From: Gemmatimonadaceae bacterium
GTDB taxonomy: Bacteria; Gemmatimonadota; Gemmatimonadetes; Gemmatimonadales; Gemmatimonadaceae
NCBI GenBank assembly: GCA_040902005.1
Contig: JBBDYA010000081.1
Coordinates: forward strand, 17,223-29,908
DNA: 12,686 nucleotides
Direction of reading: 5' to 3'
Part shown: positions 1 through 7,213 of the stretch, in pieces
How the letters are laid out: the number at the start of each line of letters is the position of its first letter
Position numbering within the stretch: the stretch's first letter is position 1
Made by a program: the position numbers and the translations under genes
Notes under the pieces: generated by a model
What the model saw: the letters and a program-made list of their open reading frames with translations, nothing else
The model's database searches: none
What the model was told of the DNA's origin: nothing

Positions 1-318
1 CCACGCCGTGGCGAGTGCGGCGATGATCGCCATGGCCATGCCGCCCGCGGGCTGCTCCGGACGACTGGCGAACAGGGCACCGCCGACCACCGCCGCCGAT
101 CCCCACTCCGGGTAGCGCGACGCGCCGAACGGCAGCGTCTCGAGGGCGATGAGCTCCAGCGTGGCGCCGATGATCAGCCCGCCCATCGGGGCGCCCATGA
201 GCGCGCCGCCGAGCGTGGCCGCGACGATCGGCCGCGACAGCATCGCCTGCGGAAAGGACACGGTGTCCAGTCCCAGCAGCGCGCCAAGCAGCGTGAGCGG
301 CAGGAGTGCGGTGATCAC
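1..318 (-). CDS. PTS mannose/fructose/sorbose-family IIC component, N-terminal part (runs off the left edge)
   Basis: Not in the ORF track. Manual translation from the GTG at 318, which overlaps the IIB stop (GTGA): MITALLPLTLLGALLGLDTVSFPQAMLSRPIVAATLGGALMGAPMGGLIIGATLELIALETLPFGASRYPEWG. Hydrophobic, with the SRPIV...G..LG....G..IGA.LEL pattern of Man-family IIC, and it follows IIA and IIB. Confidence 0.9.
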   Translation of the reverse strand, partial: MITALLPLTLLGALLGLDTVSFPQAMLSRPIVAATLGGALMGAPMGGLIIGATLELIALETLPFGASRYPEWGSAAVVGGALFASRPEQPAGGMAMAIIAALATAW

Positions 319-806
319 TCGACCTCCGCCCCGGAGTGGAGCAGCGCCTCGAGCGGCACGGGATGCGCCGCGGGAACGTCCTGCGCGGTGACGGTGGCGC
401 CGAGCGACGCCATCTCGCGGAGCAACGCCTCCTCCTCGTCCGACAGGAACACGTAGCGCAGCTTCTGCTTCCGGTCCGCGCGGTGATGCAGGCCGCCCAG
501 GTTCACCTCCCGCACGCCCGCCTCGCGCACGAGCCGCAGCATGGACGGAATGTCGCCGGTGAGCAGAATGCCCGGACGCCGGTTCTCCCGATACGCATCG
601 AGCGCCGGCTCGGCGTTCGCGACCGCGTGAAAGTAGACCTCCATCTCCGGCGGCGTGCCCATGCGATACAGCTCCTGCTCCCAATCGCTGCCCGCGACCT
701 CGTCGTCCACGAGCACGATGAAGCCGATGTCCAGCGGCTGGCCCCAGCCCACGACGACCTGTCCGTGGATGAGCCGGTCGTCGATGCGGTGGAGCACGAG
801 GGTCAT
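315..806 (-). CDS. PTS mannose/sorbose-family IIB component
   Basis: 163 aa. RIDDRLIHGQVVVGW signature with the phospho-acceptor His, VNLGG motif and C-terminal QDVP. ATGA overlap with the IIA stop. Confidence 0.95.
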   Translation of the reverse strand: MTLVLHRIDDRLIHGQVVVGWGQPLDIGFIVLVDDEVAGSDWEQELYRMGTPPEMEVYFHAVANAEPALDAYRENRRPGILLTGDIPSMLRLVREAGVREVNLGGLHHRADRKQKLRYVFLSDEEEALLREMASLGATVTAQDVPAAHPVPLEALLHSGAEVE

Positions 807-1198
807 GACGCGCCCCCCACGGAACTGATGGCGGCGCGCCCGCGCTCGACGGCGTCGCGCGCCGCCTCGATGGGTGTCGCGTCGGCCGACAGCGCGAAAT
901 CGAGCAGCATCGGCAGGTTGGCGCCGGCGACGAACAGCACGTCATCGCGGTCGCGCAGGACGCGACGGGCCGCCATGGTGCAACTGCCCGCCTGAAGGTC
1001 CGTGAACACCACGGTCACCCCCGTTTCGTCCAGCGTGCGGCGCAGCAGGGCCTCGAGCTCCACGCCACTCAGGTCGCGCGCGGAAATGGCGCGATACACG
1101 CCGCCGCGTCCGGTGATGGCCTCCACCGCGGACACCAGCCCGGCCGCAAACTCGCCGTGCCCCGCGATGATGGCCCGGGGAGGGGGGGGCTCACTCAT
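803..1198 (-). CDS. PTS mannose-family IIA component
   Basis: 131 aa. IIAGHGEFAAGL (phospho-His), VFTDLQAGSC and AGANLPMLL motifs of EIIA-Man. 8-bp overlap with the hprK stop. Confidence 0.92.
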   Translation of the reverse strand: MSEPPPPRAIIAGHGEFAAGLVSAVEAITGRGGVYRAISARDLSGVELEALLRRTLDETGVTVVFTDLQAGSCTMAARRVLRDRDDVLFVAGANLPMLLDFALSADATPIEAARDAVERGRAAISSVGGAS

Positions 1199-2162
1199 TG
1201 TCTTCCTGGAGATACTTGCGAACCTCGGACGCGCCGCGCATCTGCGTGATCAGCCGCTCGTTGAAGCGCTCCGCCGGATCCACCCCGCTGTACTTGAGCA
1301 GGTGCGTCATCGCGATCACCTCGCAGATGACGGTGATGTTCTTTCCGGGGTTGAGCAGCACGCGCACCTTGGGCAGCTTCACGTCCAGCACGTCGATGGT
1401 CTCGCCGTCGAGTCCCGTGCGCTCCACCACGGCGTCCGCGTCCCACTCCTCGAGCCGCACCACCACCTCGATGCGCTTCTGCTGCCGCACCGCGCGAATG
1501 CCGAAGATCGCGGGAATGTCCACGAGTCCCACGCCGCGGATTTCCATGTAGTGGCGTTGGAGCTCGTGCCCCCGACCGATCAGCACGTCGTTGCCGCGCC
1601 GGGTGACCAGCACGAGGTCGTCCGCCACGAGCCGGTGGCCCCGCTCGATGAGGTCGAGCACGCACTCCGACTTCCCGATGCCGCTGCGTCCCGTGAAGAG
1701 CAATCCCACGCCAAAGACGTCCGCGAGGGAGCCGTGCAGCGTGGTCGTGGCCGCGAACTCCTCCTCCAGCCACGGCTTGATCTGGTTGTAGAACTCGTTC
1801 GTTCGGAGTTGGGAACAGAGAATCGCGACGCCGGCGAAGGTGGCTTCCTCCACCAGCCCCGGCGGCGGCCGCAGTCCCTTGGTAATGAAGACGCAGGGCA
1901 CCGGAAACTTGAAGAAGTCGCCCAGGATGCGCCGGCGATGGTCGTCCGGCAGGCCGGCGAGGTAGGTGACCTCGGTCTCGCCGAACACCTGAAGCCGATG
2001 GCCGGCGAACCGCTCCAGATAGCCGGCGAGGGCGAGTCCCGGGCTCGAGACATGCGGGCTGGCGATCTCGCGCTCCGTGCCGTTCGTCCCCTCCACGTGC
2101 TCCAGCTGGAGCACGTCCCCCATGCGCTCGATCAGGCGGCCGACGGTCAGCTTCTGTTTCAC
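1191..2162 (-). CDS. hprK: HPr(Ser) kinase/phosphorylase
   Basis: Walker A GRSGIGKSE, GHRLVADD, signature MEIRGVGLVD and N-terminal PGLALAGY. Start placed at the GTG at 2162 (GTGA overlap with the GT4 stop), giving 323 aa. The longer 417-aa ORF overlaps the GT4 gene. Confidence 0.96.
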   Translation of the reverse strand: MKQKLTVGRLIERMGDVLQLEHVEGTNGTEREIASPHVSSPGLALAGYLERFAGHRLQVFGETEVTYLAGLPDDHRRRILGDFFKFPVPCVFITKGLRPPPGLVEEATFAGVAILCSQLRTNEFYNQIKPWLEEEFAATTTLHGSLADVFGVGLLFTGRSGIGKSECVLDLIERGHRLVADDLVLVTRRGNDVLIGRGHELQRHYMEIRGVGLVDIPAIFGIRAVRQQKRIEVVVRLEEWDADAVVERTGLDGETIDVLDVKLPKVRVLLNPGKNITVICEVIAMTHLLKYSGVDPAERFNERLITQMRGASEVRKYLQEDNE

Positions 2163-3274
2163 TCGGACCCGGCGCGTGAAAGACGGAGCAGGTGACGTTC
2201 GGTCTCGTGGGCCGCCCGTTCCCAGGTGAAGGTCTTGGCAAACCGGCGCGCGCTCTGTCCCAGCCGGTCGGCGAGCGGACGTGAGTCGGCCAGGCGGTCC
2301 ATGGCGGCCGCCATGGCCGCGGTGTCCCCGTGCGGGACGAGGAATCCGGTTTCGCCATCGCGCACGGACTCGCGAATGCCGGGCGAGTTCGATGCGACGA
2401 CGGGAGTTCCGCAGGCGGCGGCTTCCAGGTTGGTAATCCCCCACCCCTCCTTGGGCGACGCGAAGACAAGCGCCCAGGCGCGGCGCAGCAGCGCTAGCTT
2501 CTCCGTCTCGCTGATACGCCCAAGAAACCGCACGCGGTCGCCGAGGTCAAGCGAGGCGGCAAGCTCTTGCAGGGCCGGCAGATAGTCCCCCGCACCCGCG
2601 ATCTCCAGCACGCCTTCCGTGTGCGTCACGCGCGCGAACGCGGTGATGACGTGATGCACCCCTTTGTACTTCTTGAGCCGGCCGAGATAGGCAAAGGTGG
2701 GGCGCGCGGCGCGAGTGCCGGGAGACGGTGTGTAGTTCACCGTGTCCACGCCCGGATAGATGACCTCGATGTTCGCGCGCGGAATGCCGCGCGCCACGAG
2801 GTCGTCGCGCGTGCTTTCGCTGATGGCCTCAAAGGGCACATTGCGATACACGCGGCCCAGGCCGCGCTCGAATAGCCAGACCGCCGCCGCGAGCGGGGGC
2901 GCCAGCTCGAGGAACGCCGTGCCGCCAAAGAGATGCGGCACCAGCGCCGCCGTGCGTCCCCGCGTCCAGACCGGCGTGTACAGCGGCACTTTGTTGATGT
3001 CCTCGATCACCAGGTCCCACGGCGTGGCCCGCAGCACACGGTTGAAGTATGGAAACGCCAGGACGCCGAATGTGGCTCGCGTGCCCACCCGGTGGACGTC
3101 CATGCCGTCGAGGGTAGCGCGCGCCGCGTTGCCCGGACCGGTCCAGCCGCCGCACATCAGCGTGACGTGGTGCCCGCGTTGGGCCAGCCGGCCGAAGATC
3201 TCGTGCAGGTGAATCTCCGCCCCGCCGGCCAGCGGATTCTCGATGTCCTGCCAGTTGACCAGCAGGAGTCGCAT
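2159..3274 (-). CDS. Glycosyltransferase family 4 (GT-B, retaining)
   Basis: 371 aa. N-terminal AGGAE motif, YLGRLKKYKG and the E-x7-E motif EGWGITNLEAAACGTPVVAS. The ATG directly abuts the nusB stop. Confidence 0.93.
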   Translation of the reverse strand: MRLLLVNWQDIENPLAGGAEIHLHEIFGRLAQRGHHVTLMCGGWTGPGNAARATLDGMDVHRVGTRATFGVLAFPYFNRVLRATPWDLVIEDINKVPLYTPVWTRGRTAALVPHLFGGTAFLELAPPLAAAVWLFERGLGRVYRNVPFEAISESTRDDLVARGIPRANIEVIYPGVDTVNYTPSPGTRAARPTFAYLGRLKKYKGVHHVITAFARVTHTEGVLEIAGAGDYLPALQELAASLDLGDRVRFLGRISETEKLALLRRAWALVFASPKEGWGITNLEAAACGTPVVASNSPGIRESVRDGETGFLVPHGDTAAMAAAMDRLADSRPLADRLGQSARRFAKTFTWERAAHETERHLLRLSRAGSE

Positions 3275-3685
3275 CTACAACCGGCCCATCTTGCGGGCGA
3301 GCGCGTCCAGCACGCCGTTCACGAACCGGGCGCTGTCCACGGTGCCGTAGCGCTCCGCCAGTCGGATGGATTCCCGCAGCACCACCCGTGGGGGCGTCTC
3401 GCCGCGATGGAGCTCCGCCGCGCCCAGGCGCAACACGCAGCGCTCGATCACCCCCAACCGCTCGAGGCGCCAATTGGTGGTGACCTCCGCGAGCTGCGCG
3501 TCGAGCTGCGTGCCGTGGTCGCGCAGCTCGCGCAGCAGGACGCCGGCAACCTTGCGCTCGTCCGCGGTCACGGCCAGATCGTCGAAGATCCGGCTCGCCA
3601 CTTTCTCCAGGTCCTGCCCGCCGCGCAGGTCCCAGGCATAGACGGCTTGCAGCGCCCTGGAGCGGGCACGGGATTCAAGTCGCAT
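3275..3685 (-). CDS. nusB: Transcription antitermination factor NusB
   Basis: MRLESRARSRALQAVYAW...NWRLERLGVIERCVLRLGAAEL...SARFVNGVLD, in the classic position after ribH. ATG at 3685 gives 136 aa, with an 11-bp overlap with ribH. Confidence 0.95.
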   Translation of the reverse strand: MRLESRARSRALQAVYAWDLRGGQDLEKVASRIFDDLAVTADERKVAGVLLRELRDHGTQLDAQLAEVTTNWRLERLGVIERCVLRLGAAELHRGETPPRVVLRESIRLAERYGTVDSARFVNGVLDALARKMGRL

Positions 3686-4163
3686 CGGGACTCGTCTCGC
3701 CGTCCAGGCGGTCGAACAGGTTGACCATCTCGAGCGCGGCCATGGCCGCGTCCCAGCCCTTGTTGCCGTGGCCGCCGCCCGCTCGGGCTTCCGCCTGCTC
3801 GATCGTGTCCGTCGTGAGCAGACCGAAGCCCACGGGACGGTCGAATTCGGCGCTGAGATTGGCAAGCCCGCGTGCCGCCTCACCGGCGACGTAGTCAAAG
3901 TGCGGCGTCTCGCCGCGGATGACCGCGCCGACCGCCACGAGGGCATCATGGTTCCCACCAGACAGCAGACGCCGCGCTGCCGCGGGCAGCTCCCACGCGC
4001 CAGGCACCCAGACGACGTCCACGTCATGCTCGGCGACGCCGTGCCGGCTGAGGGCGTCGAGGGCGCCGGCCACGAGCTTTGCCGTCACCGGTTCGTTGAA
4101 CCGGCTCGCAACGATCGCGATGCGCTTCCCTGCGCCATTCGGGCTTCCGGTGATTTCAGCCAT
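3675..4163 (-). CDS. ribH: 6,7-dimethyl-8-ribityllumazine synthase
   Basis: IAIVASRFN, VPGAWELP, GAVIRGETPHFDYVA and GNKGWDAAMAALEM motifs. ATG at 4163 gives 162 aa. Confidence 0.97.
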   Translation of the reverse strand: MAEITGSPNGAGKRIAIVASRFNEPVTAKLVAGALDALSRHGVAEHDVDVVWVPGAWELPAAARRLLSGGNHDALVAVGAVIRGETPHFDYVAGEAARGLANLSAEFDRPVGFGLLTTDTIEQAEARAGGGHGNKGWDAAMAALEMVNLFDRLDGETSPDAT

Positions 4164-4175
4164 TGTCAAATAGTT

Positions 4176-4258
4176 GAACCGCGGAGGGCCCGGAGGTCGC
4201 GGAGGAAACCACAAGAAGTCGATGGACTCCTCCGCGTCCTCCGCGTCCTCCGCGGTTC
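4176..4258. repeat. REP/MITE-like intergenic inverted repeat with 31-bp arms, each made of three 9-bp units, and a 21-nt loop
   Basis: Left arm 4176-4206 GAACCGCGGAGGGCCCGGAGGTCGCGGAGGA. Right arm 4228-4258 (TCCTCCGCG)x3 GTTC. The arms are reverse complements at 28 of 31 positions. Confidence 0.9.
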
Positions 4259-4266
4259 GTCAGGTA

Positions 4267-5505
4267 TTATGAAGCAAAAAGATGCCCGAGCTTCTCGCGC
4301 TTGGTCTTCAGGTAGCCGGCGTTCTCGTCGTGCACGGGCTGCTCGAGCGGCACGCGATCGCCGAGTCCCAGGCCGTACCCCTCGAGGCCCACCATCTTGC
4401 GCGGATTATTGGTGATCGGCCGGATGGAATGCACGCCGAGGTCCAGCAGGATCTGCGCGCCGATGCCGTAGTTGCGCAGGTCGGGCTTGAATCCCAGCCG
4501 TTCGTTCGCCTCCACCGTATCCGCGCCCTTGTCCTGGAGCTCATACGCCTTGAGCTTGTTGAGCAGGCCGATGCCGCGTCCTTCCTGGTCGAGGTACACG
4601 ATGACGCCGCGCCCCTCGGCCTGGATCATCCGCATCGCAGTCTCCAGCTGCCAGCCGCAGTCGCAGCGCAGCGAGTGAAAGACGTCGCCGGTGAGGCATT
4701 TCGAGTGCATGCGGATGAGCATGTCCGCGCCGTCGCCAACATCGCCGAACACCAGCGCCACGTGCTCGTGCGCGTCTACGTCGTTGCGGTACCCCACGAT
4801 CTGCCACGCGCCGTGCTCGGTGGGCAGGCGCGCCTCCGCGATGCGATGCACCAGCCGCTCGTTCTTCAGCCGGTGGGCGACCAGCTGCGCCACCGTGATG
4901 AACGTCAGCCCGTGGGTGGCCGCGAACGCCTCCAGCTCGGGTCGGCGGGCGGCGGTGCCGTCGTCATTCAGGATTTCGCAGATGACGCCCGCCGCGTAGA
5001 GATCGGCGAGGCGCGCCAGGTCAACGGCGGCCTCCGTGTGTCCCACGCGCTGGAGCACGCCCCCCTCGCGCGCGCGCAGCGGAAAGACGTGCCCTCCGCG
5101 TCGCAGGTCGCCGGGCACCGTGGCCGGATCCACCGCCACGCGAATCGTGGTCGCGCGATCCTGTGCGCTGATTCCCGTGGACACGCCGAACCGGGGCGCG
5201 GCGTCGATGCTCACGGTGTACGCGGTGCGGTAGGCGTCCACGTTCGTTTCGCTCATGGGCGTGAGCCCCAGCTGGTCCACGCGCTCGCCCGGCAGCGCCA
5301 GGCAGATCAGCCCGCCCGCCTTGCGGATCATGAAGTTGACCAACTCGGGCGTCACGAGCTGCGCCGAGCAGATGAGGTCCCCCTCGTTCTCGCGGTCTTC
5401 GTCGTCGGCGACGATGACGAACTTTCCCGCGCGAATGTCCTCGATGGCCTGCTCGACCGTTCCGAACGACCCGTGTGCCATGCGTTCGTCGTCAGACTGC
5501 GTCAT
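4267..5505 (-). CDS. ribBA: Bifunctional 3,4-dihydroxy-2-butanone-4-phosphate synthase / GTP cyclohydrolase II
   Basis: DHBPS motifs [24 protein letters not shown] and [14 protein letters not shown] motifs [34 protein letters not shown] and TNNPRK. An alternative in-frame ATG lies at 5481. Confidence 0.97.
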   Translation of the reverse strand: MTQSDDERMAHGSFGTVEQAIEDIRAGKFVIVADDEDRENEGDLICSAQLVTPELVNFMIRKAGGLICLALPGERVDQLGLTPMSETNVDAYRTAYTVSIDAAPRFGVSTGISAQDRATTIRVAVDPATVPGDLRRGGHVFPLRAREGGVLQRVGHTEAAVDLARLADLYAAGVICEILNDDGTAARRPELEAFAATHGLTFITVAQLVAHRLKNERLVHRIAEARLPTEHGAWQIVGYRNDVDAHEHVALVFGDVGDGADMLIRMHSKCLTGDVFHSLRCDCGWQLETAMRMIQAEGRGVIVYLDQEGRGIGLLNKLKAYELQDKGADTVEANERLGFKPDLRNYGIGAQILLDLGVHSIRPITNNPRKMVGLEGYGLGLGDRVPLEQPVHDENAGYLKTKREKLGHLFAS

Positions 5506-5508
5506 GCG

Positions 5509-6105
5509 TCATGTATTCCGATGGGCCGCGAGCATGTGTCGAACGTGCTTTGCGATCACGTCCGCCTCGATGTTGACGGAGTCGCCAACCCGAAGGTCTC
5601 CCAGCGTCGTGTGCCGCCACGTGTATTCGATGAGCGACACTTGAATGATATCCGGCGCGGGGAGCGCGCTGACGGTCAGACTCACGCCGTTCACCGCCAC
5701 CGATCCCCGTTCGACCATAAGCTCGGACAGACTGGGTGGCAGCGCAAGTTCAAGCAGCAACGCATCTTCCACCGTTTCCGCGCGCACCACCCGGGCCACG
5801 CCGTCCACGTGCCCCTGCACGAAGTGCCCGCCCAGGCGATCGGTGGGCCGCATGGCGCGCTCGAGGTTCACGCGCAGGCCGCCGCCCCAGTCTGCCATGG
5901 TCGTCGCGCCCAGGGTGGTGGTCATCGCCGCGGCGGTGAACCAGCCGGCTTCATGCTCGCGCACCGTGAGGCACACGCCGTTCACGGCGACGCTCTCTCC
6001 GTCGCGGAGATCGTCGTAGCGGCAGCGGACGCGCACCATCCGACCAACGTCGGTGCTCGCGACCTGCTCGATCGTCCCCACGTCGTCGACGAGTCCAGTG
6101 AACAT
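5509..6105 (-). CDS. ribE: Riboflavin synthase (alpha chain; named ribC in E. coli)
   Basis: Starts with the diagnostic MFTGLV at ATG 6105 (TGATG overlap with the ribD stop). Two repeats, GESVAVNGVCLTV and GSVAVNGVSLTV, plus VNLERA...RLGGHFVQGHVDG and VNIEAD. 198 aa. Confidence 0.97.
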   Translation of the reverse strand: MFTGLVDDVGTIEQVASTDVGRMVRVRCRYDDLRDGESVAVNGVCLTVREHEAGWFTAAAMTTTLGATTMADWGGGLRVNLERAMRPTDRLGGHFVQGHVDGVARVVRAETVEDALLLELALPPSLSELMVERGSVAVNGVSLTVSALPAPDIIQVSLIEYTWRHTTLGDLRVGDSVNIEADVIAKHVRHMLAAHRNT

Positions 6106-7202
6106 CAGCGGTCTGCCAGTGCGTACGTGGTCATGAGGTCCGGGCCAAGCATCCTGCGATCGAGCACCGGGTATCGCTCCAGCTCCGACAGCACGTGGGG
6201 CGGCGCCCCGTCGAAGGCGTGGAGCGCACCTTCGCCCAGCGACACCGGGGCCTGAAAGATAACGAGCCGGTGCGCCAGCTTTTCCCGGAGCACCGCGCTC
6301 GCGATCGCGGCGCCCCCCTCCACCAGCAGCGCGCGCACCCCCTCCGCGCGCAGCGCGCGGAACGCCTCGCGGAGACCAGGAGCGGCAATGAGGTGCACGC
6401 CGGCGTTGGCCAGTGCCTTCGCGTGCACGGACGATGTCGTGCGCGTCACGATGGTGGTCGGCGTGACGGCGGCCGTTCGGACCATGGCGGATTCCAGCGG
6501 CGTGCGCAGGGTGCGGTCGAAGATGACGCGACGGAGTGGCACCCTGGGCGGGCGCGCGTCTCGCACCGTGAGCTGGGGGTCGTCGGCGATCACGGTGCCG
6601 ACGCCCACGGCGATCGCGTCGTGGCCCGCGCGCAGCGCGTGCACGGCGCCGCGCGCGTCGGCCCCCGTGAGCCAACTGGTGCTCCCGCGCTCGTTCGCGA
6701 TCGCGGTTTCGATGGACACCGCGAGTTTGAGGGTGGTCCAGGGAAGGTCGCTGGCCACGGCGTGAAAGAAGGGGGCGTTCAGCTCGCGCGCCTCGGCCTC
6801 CAGCAGACCTGCCTGGACCTGGATGCCAGCGGCCCGCAGCAGCGCCGCTCCGCCGCCGGCGTCCGCGGTAGGATCGGGCGCGGCGATGACCACCCGCTGC
6901 ACCCCCGCGGCGACGATTGCGTCGGTGCAGGGCGGCGTCTTGCCGTGATGTCGGCACGGCTCGAGCGTGACATAGAGCGTGGCGCCCCGGGCATGGTCCC
7001 CCGCCGCGCCGAGCGCCATCACCTCGGCGTGCGGTTCCCCGAACCGCGCGTGATACCCTTCGCCGGCGACGGCACCATCGCGAACGACGACGGCGCCGAC
7101 CATCGGGTTCGGCGCCGTCTGTCCCCAGCCCTCGCGGGCCAATTCCAGCGCCCGACGCATGAACGCCGGGGCGTCCTGCGACGAGCGCGTCGTTCCGGTC
7201 AT
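6105..7202 (-). CDS. ribD: Bifunctional diaminohydroxyphosphoribosylaminopyrimidine deaminase / 5-amino-6-(5-phosphoribosylamino)uracil reductase
   Basis: Deaminase motifs PNPMVGAVVV, HAE and TLEPCRHHGKTPPC. Reductase motifs DAIAVGVGTVIADDPQLTVR and LLVEGG. Start is ATG 7202 or the in-frame ATG at 7160. Confidence 0.96.
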   Translation of the reverse strand: MTGTTRSSQDAPAFMRRALELAREGWGQTAPNPMVGAVVVRDGAVAGEGYHARFGEPHAEVMALGAAGDHARGATLYVTLEPCRHHGKTPPCTDAIVAAGVQRVVIAAPDPTADAGGGAALLRAAGIQVQAGLLEAEARELNAPFFHAVASDLPWTTLKLAVSIETAIANERGSTSWLTGADARGAVHALRAGHDAIAVGVGTVIADDPQLTVRDARPPRVPLRRVIFDRTLRTPLESAMVRTAAVTPTTIVTRTTSSVHAKALANAGVHLIAAPGLREAFRALRAEGVRALLVEGGAAIASAVLREKLAHRLVIFQAPVSLGEGALHAFDGAPPHVLSELERYPVLDRRMLGPDLMTTYALADR

Positions 7203-7213
7203 GCTACATGTTA

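Noticed and set aside
1195..2469. 424-aa alternative-frame minus-strand ORF over hprK, and the long N-terminal extensions shown for hprK, nusB, ribH, ribE, ribD, pfkB and argS
   Set aside because: R/P/G/A-rich off-frame translations that mostly overlap neighbouring real genes. Family-typical N-termini and stop/start overlaps identify the shorter starts.
4164..4169. Perfect TTGACA on the minus strand right before the ribH ATG, and CATAAT at the ribBA stop (4271-4266)
   Set aside because: Neither hexamer has a partner element at 16-18 bp spacing, and they are in the wrong order to form one promoter.
4176..4258. The repeat read as a CRISPR array or an intrinsic terminator
   Set aside because: There are no unique spacers between the 9-bp units and no cas genes. 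No U-tract follows the stem on the coding strand, and it lies mid-operon.
4282..6255. 657-aa + strand ORF and other long + strand ORFs (1002-2195, 6195-7277, 8328-9539, 9265-10254, 10145-11518)
   Set aside because: Antisense shadows of well-supported minus-strand genes. High GC3 suppresses stops in the mirror frame, and the translations have no recognisable motifs.
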